Notes under the pieces: generated by a model
What the model saw: the letters and a program-made list of their open reading frames with translations, nothing else
The model's database searches: none
Told to the model about the DNA's origin: nothing
IMG/VR virus record: IMGVR_UViG_3300020125_000357
Span: 1 to 57,778 of that record
Length of the DNA: 57,778 bases
Reading direction: 5' to 3' (one strand)
From: a virus
Taxonomy: Duplodnaviria; Caudoviricetes
Shown: positions 29,673 through 40,115 of the stretch, piece after piece
Layout: each line of letters begins with the position of its first letter
How positions within the stretch are numbered: position 1 is the first letter of the stretch
Program-made: the position numbers and the translations under genes

Positions 29673-30166
29673 TGAAATCATATCCTGTTATAGATAATAA
29701 TTACGGAAATGTAACATTTGGGATTGCAAATTCAATTAAGGGTACTCCTCCACAAAGAATAAATGCATGTAGAATTAATTTGTTAAAACAACCAGATATT
29801 ACTAAATATAATGTTTTAACTTTAATGGCTAAAGCAACAGATTATGATACTACTGGTAATTTACAAATATTTGATCATACTATTTCTGCAACCAATCCGT
29901 TTGCTGGAGTATTTTTTGATGAAGCATTTAGTTCTTCAGCTTTTATTTCTACAATTACTGCAAATATTACTGATGGAACTTTTAGAATAGCACAAGGTGC
30001 AGCACCTGATACTGAATTTTATTATGCAGGATTAACTGGTTTTAATGCTGGTACTGCTGATATTGATGCATTAATTACTGCTGGTATCGCCTCAAAAGTT
30101 GTAATCGTAGAAGGTGACGTGGCTGTGCCGTGGGTTATATTTAATGAAATGGTTGTAGGAGTATAA
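29672..30166 (+). CDS. Head decoration protein (putative)
   Basis: Position between scaffold and capsid; size. Confidence 0.55.
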   Translation: MKSYPVIDNNYGNVTFGIANSIKGTPPQRINACRINLLKQPDITKYNVLTLMAKATDYDTTGNLQIFDHTISATNPFAGVFFDEAFSSSAFISTITANITDGTFRIAQGAAPDTEFYYAGLTGFNAGTADIDALITAGIASKVVIVEGDVAVPWVIFNEMVVGV

Positions 30167-30167
30167 T

Positions 30168-31604
30168 ATGTTAGATAATAATAAAATTTATAATGATCCA
30201 ATGGTAAAGAGTAAAGTTCATAAAGAAATTAATCCTTTATTCAAAGATATAAAATTTAAATCACAATCAGATAAAGAAGATGCAATTGTGGAATTTTATG
30301 AATCACAAGGTATTAAAAAAATTGGTGATATTATTCCAACTCGTTCTTATGATGAAGAAAAAAATGGTCAAATATCATTAAAATTTGCTGTTAATGAAGA
30401 TAGGATATCAAAAAATTTGGGATCAAAAAAATTAATTGAGCAATTACAATTATCAAAAGCAGCAGCACAACAAAATATTAAATTAGGTGTAACTGGTAGT
30501 GATTACCTTGATGGTACTAGCCTAATTACTGGAGTGATTGAACAAGTTACTCCTGTTGTAGAAAATGAAATGATAGCAAAAATGTTCCCAGAAGGTGAAT
30601 ATTCTGCTAATAAATTATTTATGGATGTTTGGCAACCAATTACAGGTATGACGCATGCTGTTGCTATGGATGCTCCTGTTAATGTTGTTCAAAAACGAGG
30701 ATTCCAAACAGAAGAATGGTTACCACCATTCTATAATGAAATGATTCAAATTGATCAAAATGAAGCTTTAAATCTTCGTGATCCGGGTAATCAAAATCTT
30801 GCAATCCGTGGTTTAGCTGCCGCTATATCCAAATGGACAGCGCAATTAACTCATCGTGGTGGTACGAGACGTTTAAATGATATCTATAATGCTATCTTTA
30901 CTGGTTCTTATGTATGGCAAGGTGAAGCATTAAGTTATGGTATCCCTAGTGGGAATAGATTTACTGCTGGTGCATTAAATGGTGTATGGGGTACGATTAC
31001 TGGTACAAATTATGTACCTAATCCATCATCAAATCCAATTCTTGATATGACAGTAATTCATAACTTACTGTTGATCTTGTATCGTGGTTTACCAATGACT
31101 TGGATTATGAATCCAAATACAATGGCTTTATTCTCACAGAATCCTACTGTAATCAATAGAGTGAATACACAATATTCTGATGCTATTATGCAAAAAGCTA
31201 AACAAAACCCTAATAGTATGGAAAGTATTTCCACATTCTATTTAGGTTCTGATATTAATATTGGTGTATTAGTTGATGGTAGTGCATATATAGCTGATGT
31301 AAATGATCCGAATGGTTATACAGCAGGAACTACTAATTATATTCTTCCTGATTATCAAATCTGGATCAAAATTGATACTGATAAATTTGGTGGACCTTAT
31401 GGTGAATATGCATATTGTTTAGCTGCTCAAAATGGTGGTTTACAAAATGCTAGACCTGGTAAATTTTTCCAAATTATAGATAGTATGGCATCAAGTACAG
31501 TAATCGGTATTACACAACCAAATATTACATTAATGAATGGATGGCGTGGTGGTGTTAGATTACCTAGATATTTTGACGTAATTACATTTGATGTGGGTAC
31601 ATAA
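30168..31604 (+). CDS. Major capsid protein (gpE-like HK97 fold) with N-terminal extension
   Basis: Position; MFP...PPFYNE...WIMNPNTM pattern. Confidence 0.8.
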   Translation: MLDNNKIYNDPMVKSKVHKEINPLFKDIKFKSQSDKEDAIVEFYESQGIKKIGDIIPTRSYDEEKNGQISLKFAVNEDRISKNLGSKKLIEQLQLSKAAAQQNIKLGVTGSDYLDGTSLITGVIEQVTPVVENEMIAKMFPEGEYSANKLFMDVWQPITGMTHAVAMDAPVNVVQKRGFQTEEWLPPFYNEMIQIDQNEALNLRDPGNQNLAIRGLAAAISKWTAQLTHRGGTRRLNDIYNAIFTGSYVWQGEALSYGIPSGNRFTAGALNGVWGTITGTNYVPNPSSNPILDMTVIHNLLLILYRGLPMTWIMNPNTMALFSQNPTVINRVNTQYSDAIMQKAKQNPNSMESISTFYLGSDINIGVLVDGSAYIADVNDPNGYTAGTTNYILPDYQIWIKIDTDKFGGPYGEYAYCLAAQNGGLQNARPGKFFQIIDSMASSTVIGITQPNITLMNGWRGGVRLPRYFDVITFDVGT

Positions 31605-31607
31605 AAC

Positions 31608-32087
31608 ATGCAAGAAAAAGTACAAATAAAAAGTAAAAAAGTTATTTTGAAATTTAATCAAATTACTGTAAATAGAAAATATTTAAAAAAAGATGAAAAT
31701 GGTCAATCTCTTTGGGATAAAACTAAAGAGAAATATGTTCAAAGTTTTGCAAAAAAACCTGAATTCAATGGAATCTATAAATATTTACCTAATGAAGATG
31801 CAGTAATTAGAAGTATGTTGGTTGCTGAATATAAAGAACCTTATATCTTTGAAAGAACACTTAAATCTGATAAAACTATTTATTCCATAGATGAAATTAA
31901 TGCAATGTCTGAAAAAGAAAAGGCTGGGCTTCATTTATATGAAATGAACGAAGAAGATGCTGCATTTTATCTTGATAATTCTAATACGAAAATATTAGCA
32001 AGAGATGATGGTGTTCGTAGATATCGGGATAAAAATGATTTTGATCGTGATGTAATTAAAGTTCCTTTAGCAGAAATCGTAGGATGA
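31608..32087 (+). CDS. Hypothetical head-associated protein
   Basis: Position after capsid. Confidence 0.5.
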   Translation: MQEKVQIKSKKVILKFNQITVNRKYLKKDENGQSLWDKTKEKYVQSFAKKPEFNGIYKYLPNEDAVIRSMLVAEYKEPYIFERTLKSDKTIYSIDEINAMSEKEKAGLHLYEMNEEDAAFYLDNSNTKILARDDGVRRYRDKNDFDRDVIKVPLAEIVG

Positions 32088-32088
32088 A

Positions 32089-32709
32089 ATGTCATTTTAT
32101 CAACCTAAATATATCACTTTACAATCCGTCAAACGTGATTTAGATGGTAAAGTACAATTTAGTAATGATAATCCTAAATATGTTTCTGATAATGATGTAT
32201 TAAATAATATCCAGAGTGGAGAAGCTTGGGTAGAACGTATATTGAGTCGTCAATATGTTGTTTCTCCTCAATTAACAGGAGTAGATATAAATGGTAATGA
32301 TATACCATTTAATCAAATTACTCCTACTTCTACAATTTATGATATTCAAAAACTTTGTTTACTTAAAACTTGTATTTTTCTTATGGAAACCGAGTTTGGT
32401 AAAGGTGAAGGTGTAAGAGGTCAATCATACCGCGATAATTATATTGAACGACTTAATAATCTTGAACATGAAATTATTGGTATAGATCAAATAAGTGGTC
32501 AATATTTATATCCTCCACTTCCAGGTTTAAAACTTGACCCTCAATCTTCTTTTTATCAAAAAGGCATTCCATTTCCTAGAGTTTCTGTAATGGGATCACG
32601 TCCCGTATCTCAAATAGGTAGATTAAATCAAAGAGCTGTACAAGGGCAAGTTAATCCATTTAGGAATTGGTTTTTTAATAATCTAGGTAGACGTGGCAAC
32701 TGTAGATGA
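32089..32709 (+). CDS. Head-tail adaptor (gp36-like)
   Basis: YITLQSV...EAWVERILSRQYVV pattern; synteny. Confidence 0.6.
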   Translation: MSFYQPKYITLQSVKRDLDGKVQFSNDNPKYVSDNDVLNNIQSGEAWVERILSRQYVVSPQLTGVDINGNDIPFNQITPTSTIYDIQKLCLLKTCIFLMETEFGKGEGVRGQSYRDNYIERLNNLEHEIIGIDQISGQYLYPPLPGLKLDPQSSFYQKGIPFPRVSVMGSRPVSQIGRLNQRAVQGQVNPFRNWFFNNLGRRGNCR

Positions 32710-33133
32710 GGAATTTAAAAATAGATTAAATAGTGCTATTAATGCCGCTATGCCTATAATAATAGCTGAATTGGTACAAATAAAAAGGTCATATTTTAGT
32801 GAACAAGGTAAGCCTGGATGGAAACCATTAGCAGAAAAAACTATTGCTAAAAAAGCTAGTAACAAACCCAAAAATAAATTAGGTTGGGTGGTTCCTTCTG
32901 AAAATGCCAAAAAATTTAATATTGAATTTGGCTTTTTAAGAAATAGTATAAAAGTAGATTATACCTTACACCAAGATGAATTAAGTATAACAGTTGAAGC
33001 TCATCATAGAGAGGGTGATCAGGCAATAGAACAATTAATAGATGGATATGATAGAGATTTTTTAAGATTTGATACAAATGAAATTGAATTTATAAAAAAA
33101 AGATTAGGTGAATTGCTTGCAGACAGAATCTGA
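32693..33133 (+). CDS. Virion morphogenesis / tail completion protein (gpG/gpS-like)
   Basis: FSEQGKPGWKPLAEKTIAKK...LRNSI motif. Confidence 0.7.
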   Translation: MATVDEEFKNRLNSAINAAMPIIIAELVQIKRSYFSEQGKPGWKPLAEKTIAKKASNKPKNKLGWVVPSENAKKFNIEFGFLRNSIKVDYTLHQDELSITVEAHHREGDQAIEQLIDGYDRDFLRFDTNEIEFIKKRLGELLADRI

Positions 33134-33827
33134 TAACAATAATAATGATAGTAGTCAAGCATTATTAGCGATGGCAGAATATAATTGGATTACCTATTTG
33201 GGTTCCAATAGAATGCCATTAGCAATAAAAACAGCTCTTTTAGCAAATAATTATATACTACAAGCATTTGGTAATGAAAAATCTATTGCAATAGCAAAAC
33301 GTGATGATTTCACTATTACTTCATTACCAGCTCTAAGCATATATGAACCTGAAGAAGATACTCCAAGTAGATTTTATTCAGATAAAGGTACAATAATTTT
33401 TGATATATTTTTACCTGTTAGATTAGAACGTGAAGATAATGCAACTGTTTTAAAAACTTTTACTCAAGCATTTAAAAATATTTTACAGTCTCCTGTAATT
33501 TGGAGAAATTTGAATGATGCATTAATACCGCTTCCACCTACAACAACCTCAAATTATAATGATGTTGTTAGATATAAACAAAGAGATGGAAGCCCATTGG
33601 TAGAATTTGCTAAAAATGTAAAAGCCACTTCTCCTTTAAAATATAATTTAGAATATATTGGGGATTGTTGGAAAATAGAATTAATTACTTATTATTATTA
33701 TGATATGTTAAATCATTATGCAATGCTAGAAGAATTTGGTATTGCGGGTAATATTGATCCAAATTTAATTGTTTATAATATTTTACAAGATTTTAGTGTG
33801 GATGTGAAACCTATTTCAAGTTTTTAG
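33108..33827 (+). CDS. Tail terminator-like protein
   Basis: LPALSIY motif; upstream of sheath. Confidence 0.5.
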   Translation: MNCLQTESDNNNNDSSQALLAMAEYNWITYLGSNRMPLAIKTALLANNYILQAFGNEKSIAIAKRDDFTITSLPALSIYEPEEDTPSRFYSDKGTIIFDIFLPVRLEREDNATVLKTFTQAFKNILQSPVIWRNLNDALIPLPPTTTSNYNDVVRYKQRDGSPLVEFAKNVKATSPLKYNLEYIGDCWKIELITYYYYDMLNHYAMLEEFGIAGNIDPNLIVYNILQDFSVDVKPISSF

Positions 33828-33838
33828 AAAGATATAAT

Positions 33839-35737
33839 ATGGCTTTTATTAAAAATACTCGTATTCCTAGTGTTCAAGGTACACAAAATTTAATTGGTAC
33901 GCCTCCTGTACCTACACCACAAAATAACATTTTTATTTGGGGAAATAGATTAAGTACTGATTTACTTGATGGATTACCTATATTAGAACCTGATGGTGGT
34001 TTTCCATTTTATGAATATTATAATACTTATCCATTGCCATCACAATTTCTTAATGATCCTTTAGGAATGTTATCTTATTTTGTAGAATGTGGATTTACTG
34101 TTGCTACAGGATATAGTGATACTATCCTACTAAATAATGCATCAGCCGTCGATATAGTGACTTTAGCCGCGCAAAATCAAGTTATAGTTTATTATACTAG
34201 TTCAGCGGCATTAATTCAACCATTAGTAGGAGCTGGTATATCAGGTACTTTTGATGATACAACAGCAGTAGTCACAGGAACATTTGTAAGCGCTGTTGTA
34301 GGAACATTTTTAGGATTGTATGATAGTATGATCATTTTACAATCTGTTAGTTTTGCTTCTGTAGCTGCTGGAGATAATATCTCTATATCATTTGTTGATT
34401 CTGATATATTAGTACCTGATCCAAATGGAACAGAACCTTTTATTATGAATTTATATTCAGCAATAGAGGCTAGTTTAATTCCGACTAATGTAAATTCTAC
34501 TGTATCTACACCACAAGTATATTTTTCTTTTTTACCAGATAGCGACCATAGCGGACTTTTTGGACCTATATCAACTCCATTGACACTAAGTATTCCAACA
34601 GCGCAAACTGCAACTACTGTAAGTTTTGCTATTCCTTCATCAAATGTGGCATATATTCCATTATCTGCACTTGGTGCAACTACAATAACACAAGCAACTA
34701 GTTTAGCATCTGGTACAGTGCAAAGTTCTGTTATTAATGGCGGTCAATTGATTGTTACTTTAACTAATGTAACTGGAACATTTGATTTGACTCATACTTG
34801 TACATTGCATTTAGATGCAACCCAAACAGTAATGAAATTCCAACAAAAATTATTTGCTACACAAGATATTTCACTACAACAGTTTGCATTACCTTATGCT
34901 ATAGATTCAAGTAGTGATATTACAACTACTTATAAACCTGCATTTGATTATGTAGCTGCATTAAATTTACCTGCTACCTCGCAGGATGGTCAAGCTATTT
35001 GTTTAATTACATTTGCTAATTTAACTATTCCACAAAATTCAGCACCATTAAGTTTACCAACAAATGTAAATAATTATCAATATGAGCCTATTTATTATTA
35101 TTATCAACCAATAGTTGGAGAATTGCCATTAAGTGCAGGACAAATGGCATCTGCTTTTGCTATGGTGGTGGGTAGTAATATAGCCCCATTAAATCCGCAA
35201 GGTGGTGTAATTATCAATGGATTACCAGTACCAAAAAATCAAAATAAATATATTGATGTAACTATTAATGGTATTGCTGATCAAGTATTAAAATTAGGTT
35301 GGAATGTAATTGCTGTAAATAATAATCAACAAGCATACATTGTTAATCCAATTACGGGTATGACAACATTACCTAATTTAATGATTCCAGATAATGAATT
35401 TTATCCAATTTATGTTTGGCAGACATTAGATTATTTAAGAAAAGGTGTTACAGCAGAATGTAAAGCTATTGGATTAGGACAGGTTCGTCAAACACCAATT
35501 ATATTGAATAAATTAAAAGCTAATATCATAATATTTATGGAAAACATGCAAGATCAAGGAATGTTATTGAATGTTATACAAAATGAAGCTTTAATAACAA
35601 TAATTCAGGACCCTGATAATCCTTTGGGAATAGATGTAACTATTCCAGCACAAATAGTACCAGAATTACAAAATATCTTCTATACTATAAATGTATTTGG
35701 TAGTCAAATTAATTTAATAACTAATACAAATTCATAA
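33839..35737 (+). CDS. Tail sheath protein (Mu gpL-like C-terminus)
   Basis: TLDYLRK...QDPDNPLGIDVTIPAQIVPEL C-terminal sheath domain. Confidence 0.8.
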   Translation: MAFIKNTRIPSVQGTQNLIGTPPVPTPQNNIFIWGNRLSTDLLDGLPILEPDGGFPFYEYYNTYPLPSQFLNDPLGMLSYFVECGFTVATGYSDTILLNNASAVDIVTLAAQNQVIVYYTSSAALIQPLVGAGISGTFDDTTAVVTGTFVSAVVGTFLGLYDSMIILQSVSFASVAAGDNISISFVDSDILVPDPNGTEPFIMNLYSAIEASLIPTNVNSTVSTPQVYFSFLPDSDHSGLFGPISTPLTLSIPTAQTATTVSFAIPSSNVAYIPLSALGATTITQATSLASGTVQSSVINGGQLIVTLTNVTGTFDLTHTCTLHLDATQTVMKFQQKLFATQDISLQQFALPYAIDSSSDITTTYKPAFDYVAALNLPATSQDGQAICLITFANLTIPQNSAPLSLPTNVNNYQYEPIYYYYQPIVGELPLSAGQMASAFAMVVGSNIAPLNPQGGVIINGLPVPKNQNKYIDVTINGIADQVLKLGWNVIAVNNNQQAYIVNPITGMTTLPNLMIPDNEFYPIYVWQTLDYLRKGVTAECKAIGLGQVRQTPIILNKLKANIIIFMENMQDQGMLLNVIQNEALITIIQDPDNPLGIDVTIPAQIVPELQNIFYTINVFGSQINLITNTNS

Positions 35738-35748
35738 GGAAAAAAATC

Positions 35749-36186
35749 ATGGCAGGACAAGGTATTTATTTTGATAGATTTAGAGTACAGATTAATGGTC
35801 AAGATATTGCTGGTAAACCCGGCAATGTAAAATCTTTATCTGTAAGTAAAGACGGTGGAATTAGTTGGGTTGAAGGATTTAGTCAAGACCATACAGTATC
35901 AGGAACAGTATTAGGTAATAAAAAAGTAATTTTCAGAATTACTATTAATTTGCAATCTAATACTTTACCTACTGATTTTAGTGCTATTGATTATGATAGC
36001 AATCAAGTTAATATTTTATTATTTGCAGCAGCAACCAATTATGGTAATGATGTATACGCAAATGGTAATACTTATATTCTTCCTAATGTAGCATGGGCAA
36101 ATGATGATATGCCAGCTTCATTAGGTATAAATGTTACTAATGATTTAGTATTTTATGTTCGTGGTCAAGATCATTGGATAAGTTAA
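35749..36186 (+). CDS. Tail tube protein
   Basis: 145 aa beta-rich protein immediately after sheath. Confidence 0.7.
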   Translation: MAGQGIYFDRFRVQINGQDIAGKPGNVKSLSVSKDGGISWVEGFSQDHTVSGTVLGNKKVIFRITINLQSNTLPTDFSAIDYDSNQVNILLFAAATNYGNDVYANGNTYILPNVAWANDDMPASLGINVTNDLVFYVRGQDHWIS

Positions 36187-36197
36187 GAAAGATATAA

Positions 36198-36866
36198 ATG
36201 TCTGAAATAAGTATGAATGATGATATTCTTAATGAATATATAGAACAAGATCCAAGATTACAAGATGATTTTGTCAAAAAAGAAATTAGAGCTAATAATT
36301 TAGGTTTAAATTTTGATAGACTTATAAAAATTGGTAAGGGTACTCGTGAAATTCATTATACTAAGATATTTGATAGAGAAATTCCTTTGAGGTTGATATC
36401 ACGTGATGAGGAAGATAAGCTTCTTTATGACTGTGTTCTTGAGATGGCTGAAAAATTTCCTCAATTTAAAGGGAAATTATACGATTTAATTTTTAATAAA
36501 TTATATCTTAAAAAACAAATTAGTTTGGCAACAAGTCCTTGTATTGAAGCTTCTAATTATAAGCGCTACTTATCAGAAGAAGAAGTTGGCTCTTTGCCAT
36601 CTTCAACTCTTGCTGCCGTTATAACTGAATATCAGCGTTTAGAAAAAGAATATAATCCAGAAATTAATCAAATTGATGATAAACAAGTTGATTTTTTACT
36701 TATGGAGCTATTAGATCCTGCAAAAAAGTCCCGTACACTGATTGGATTGACTACCAGTCAGATGTACAGCACATTGAACAAATTATTAGACATCGTGATC
36801 GAACTAGAGGACAATACTTCTATTACAGATTCATTAACAGATACATCATTAGACAATCAGAAATAG
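36198..36866 (+). CDS. Tail assembly chaperone; -1 frameshift product extends to 36910
   Basis: Between tube and tape measure; in-phase A-AAA-AAG at 36722-36728. Confidence 0.7.
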   Translation: MSEISMNDDILNEYIEQDPRLQDDFVKKEIRANNLGLNFDRLIKIGKGTREIHYTKIFDREIPLRLISRDEEDKLLYDCVLEMAEKFPQFKGKLYDLIFNKLYLKKQISLATSPCIEASNYKRYLSEEEVGSLPSSTLAAVITEYQRLEKEYNPEINQIDDKQVDFLLMELLDPAKKSRTLIGLTTSQMYSTLNKLLDIVIELEDNTSITDSLTDTSLDNQK

Positions 36867-36934
36867 CACAACGAAATATTTTTTTAGCAAATTTAAATAA
36901 TAAAAGATAAGGTACATTAGTAAAGGTAAAATAA

Positions 36935-38824
36935 GTGAACGATAAAATAACATTTCGTTTAGAAACCGAAACTAATGCTACAGCAGGAACACATGGAGCT
37001 AGTAATATAGATAGTGGATTAGCTTCTGTTATGTCCAATCTTAATGAAAGCGTTAAAGCTTTATCTGGTAACTTAAAATCATTTCAAACTAAATTTAGTA
37101 CGATAAAAGATAATCTTGCAAAAGGTACTGAACCTACCTATGCACAGACTACTTCTCGTATGCGTGCAGAAGCTTATAAGGTTAGATCAGAATACTTAAA
37201 TGATCCTGAAGGCAAACAAATTCAGCAACAACGTGCAGAAGCTAATTTATTAAGAATTCAAACTGAAAAACAGCGTCAAGATTTAAAAAATGATATTTTA
37301 AAAAGAGCAGATCAATATAAACTTGCTGGAGATAATAAATTTGCTCAAAAATTAGAAAGCGATGTATCTGAAAGTTTAAAGAGTGGCGTTAATAAGGGTG
37401 TAACTAATAGTAGATTATCTCAAGTATTTACAGCCATTGGAGGTGCCGGATTAGTTTTAAGTACAGCTAGTAAAGTATTTTCTTCTCAATCTGCTGCTGG
37501 ATTAGCTATGATGCAAAATCCTTATACTAATGGATATGATTATGGCGGACAAGTATCTGGAGTAATGCAGGCAAATACTCAAAAAGAAAATGCTTATGTT
37601 GGATTAGGGGCTGCTGGTGTTGGGGCTATAATTGGTTCTGTAATACCAGTAATTGGAACAGCATTAGGCGGTATTATAGGTGGTCTTGCTGGAGGTGTAT
37701 ATGGCTCTTATGCTTCATCACAAACTAATCTAAAATCTATGGCCGCAAGTTCATTAGTTAATAATACAATGAATGCTCAAGCTCTATCAGCCACTAATCA
37801 AGCTGCTTCAGGTCTTTACAATCAAGGAATGACTGGGAGACGTATTACAGATGTAGAGCAGCCCTTGGTATTAGCAATGTCAAAGGCAGCAGGAGTATAT
37901 AATCGTAATTTCAAGGAAATAGATAAATTAACTGATTATGTCCGCGCGGGAAATATGTCTATTCAACAGGGCGCTGGATTAAGTGGGGCAGTTTCTTTTC
38001 TTACTCAAGGAATGAATCAAAAACAACAAAGTACTTTTATTGACAGTATGAAACAAAGCTTTAGTGCTTATGGTGTTCCTGATCCTGCTGCTGCAACCGC
38101 AAATGCAATGTTATATAAACAAGCAGGTATGTCTCCAACTGATGCTGCTGAATTGGCTGCGCGCGCTACAGGATTAAATCCAGGTGCACAAGGAGCCTTA
38201 TCTAATTATTATACTCAACCTATAACTAGTAGGGGTATGCAGAATTTTATATCTAAAAATATTTATGGTGTAAATCTTCCTAATTTAGTAACAGGAAAGG
38301 GAGATGCTAGAGCTAGTGCATATAGAAAAAATGCACTAAATTTTGAAAAAACTGGTAATTTAGGTGCTTTAGATCCAAGAGCTTTAGGTTTTGAACAATT
38401 ATATAATCTTACTAATCTTCAAACAGTTGATAATCAGAGTGAGTCAAGATCCATTACATCAACTCCTACTCAGAAAAAAATACAGGCTTTGACAAATCAA
38501 ACAATAGCAACTAATGCAGAAGGCATGACTTTGGAAAAAGCTATAGGAACATTAAATGGGGAAATTGATTCTACTTCCAAAGGATTTTCTCAATTAAGTG
38601 ATACAACTAATCAATTAGTTAATGCTTTTAATGGATTAATGACAAAAATAGGTGGCGGTCTTATGGGAGTAACATCTTTTCAAGCTCCTGTAAAAATTCC
38701 AGCAGTAAAACCAATGAGTGGTAATACAGGTGTTCATTATAATCAATTATCTCCTCAACAACAAAAACAAAAAGCAGATGTATTGGGTTCATTATCTGTA
38801 GTTCATCATAGAACGGCTGGATAA
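36935..38824 (+). CDS. Tape measure protein
   Basis: Ala/Gly/Gln-rich helical protein with GAIIGSVIPVIGTALGG segment; synteny. Confidence 0.75.
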   Translation: MNDKITFRLETETNATAGTHGASNIDSGLASVMSNLNESVKALSGNLKSFQTKFSTIKDNLAKGTEPTYAQTTSRMRAEAYKVRSEYLNDPEGKQIQQQRAEANLLRIQTEKQRQDLKNDILKRADQYKLAGDNKFAQKLESDVSESLKSGVNKGVTNSRLSQVFTAIGGAGLVLSTASKVFSSQSAAGLAMMQNPYTNGYDYGGQVSGVMQANTQKENAYVGLGAAGVGAIIGSVIPVIGTALGGIIGGLAGGVYGSYASSQTNLKSMAASSLVNNTMNAQALSATNQAASGLYNQGMTGRRITDVEQPLVLAMSKAAGVYNRNFKEIDKLTDYVRAGNMSIQQGAGLSGAVSFLTQGMNQKQQSTFIDSMKQSFSAYGVPDPAAATANAMLYKQAGMSPTDAAELAARATGLNPGAQGALSNYYTQPITSRGMQNFISKNIYGVNLPNLVTGKGDARASAYRKNALNFEKTGNLGALDPRALGFEQLYNLTNLQTVDNQSESRSITSTPTQKKIQALTNQTIATNAEGMTLEKAIGTLNGEIDSTSKGFSQLSDTTNQLVNAFNGLMTKIGGGLMGVTSFQAPVKIPAVKPMSGNTGVHYNQLSPQQQKQKADVLGSLSVVHHRTAG

Positions 38825-38825
38825 A

Positions 38826-40115
38826 ATGGCGGTAGAAGTTCCAATTTTAAGTGCCTTAGCACAAGCAGAAGCAATTGCCAATGAATTAGGATTAAATGGT
38901 TGGCAGATACAAACTGGTTCATATAATGGAGTTGCTTTTCATGTAGTTCCTTCTATTTTAAATAAATTAAATCAAGATTTAAATCCTGCTGCTGGGGCTA
39001 TCGACTCAACACTCAATTTACTTGGGATTACATCTTTATCACAAGATAATACTAATCTTCCTTATGGAACTAATGCAGTAAGTACATTAATTTCAGATGA
39101 GACTCATCGTAAATTAGTAATTCATAGACCACCTAATAATGCTGATATATTTGAAGATATGGGATGGTTTGGCGATACTTTTTCTATCCAAGGTATTTTA
39201 TTTGGAGCAGCATATTCTCAAGCATTAAATAATATTTTAAATGGATTTTTAAATGATCCAAATTCAACCAATCCTAATCGAAATGTTTTAGTTCATCCTA
39301 TTTTAGGAAGAATTGAAAATGTGATGCTAACTAGTATGCGACGTATTCATGAACCAAAAATGTGGCGTTGTTGTTTATATCAATTTAATTTTACCTGTAC
39401 AAAACCCGTAGCTGTTCTTACTCAAAATATATCAAGTACATTAAATGCTATAAATTCTACTATTACAGGAATTTTAACAATCATTACAGGTTTATTAAAT
39501 ACTTGGGGTGATATTCAAGCTCTTAAACATGTATTTGGATCAGCAGGTAATACAACCACTGTAGAACAAGCATTAAAAAATAGTCAAACCTCTGTAATTA
39601 ATACCTGTAATACAAGCGTTAGTATTACACAATTTATGGTAAATAATTTAAAACCTATTGGTTATAATAATGTTCAATTGTCAAAAACACCAACATTTCC
39701 AATTGCCGGATTAACACAATTATATTATTTTACGAGTAATATGACACCTACTGATGTTAATACATTATTAACTTATAGTAATAATTCTATTAATGCATGT
39801 ATAGCTATTTTAGAGGTAATTAATGTAAATCCAATTTATGATAGTATAACTGCATTGATTAATTTACAATCTCAGATGAATGCTTTGGCATTAGCATTAT
39901 TAAGTAGTTATTATGGTTCAACTAAATTATATACTACTCCATATGATACTAATTTATTTGATGTATGTTTTTTAAATAATCTTAATTATAGTAGTCAATC
40001 TAGTACTATTCTTAAATTGAATCATAATATAATCCCAAGTGCAAATTATATTCCTAAAGATGTAATTTTAACATTACCTATTTCAAATAATCCTAATACG
40101 ATTGGGACGTCATGA
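38826..40115 (+). CDS. Mu gp43/N-like DNA circularisation (tail tube initiator) protein
   Basis: GSYNGVAFHV...RKLVIH...EDMG...LVHPILG motif. Confidence 0.75.
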   Translation: MAVEVPILSALAQAEAIANELGLNGWQIQTGSYNGVAFHVVPSILNKLNQDLNPAAGAIDSTLNLLGITSLSQDNTNLPYGTNAVSTLISDETHRKLVIHRPPNNADIFEDMGWFGDTFSIQGILFGAAYSQALNNILNGFLNDPNSTNPNRNVLVHPILGRIENVMLTSMRRIHEPKMWRCCLYQFNFTCTKPVAVLTQNISSTLNAINSTITGILTIITGLLNTWGDIQALKHVFGSAGNTTTVEQALKNSQTSVINTCNTSVSITQFMVNNLKPIGYNNVQLSKTPTFPIAGLTQLYYFTSNMTPTDVNTLLTYSNNSINACIAILEVINVNPIYDSITALINLQSQMNALALALLSSYYGSTKLYTTPYDTNLFDVCFLNNLNYSSQSSTILKLNHNIIPSANYIPKDVILTLPISNNPNTIGTS

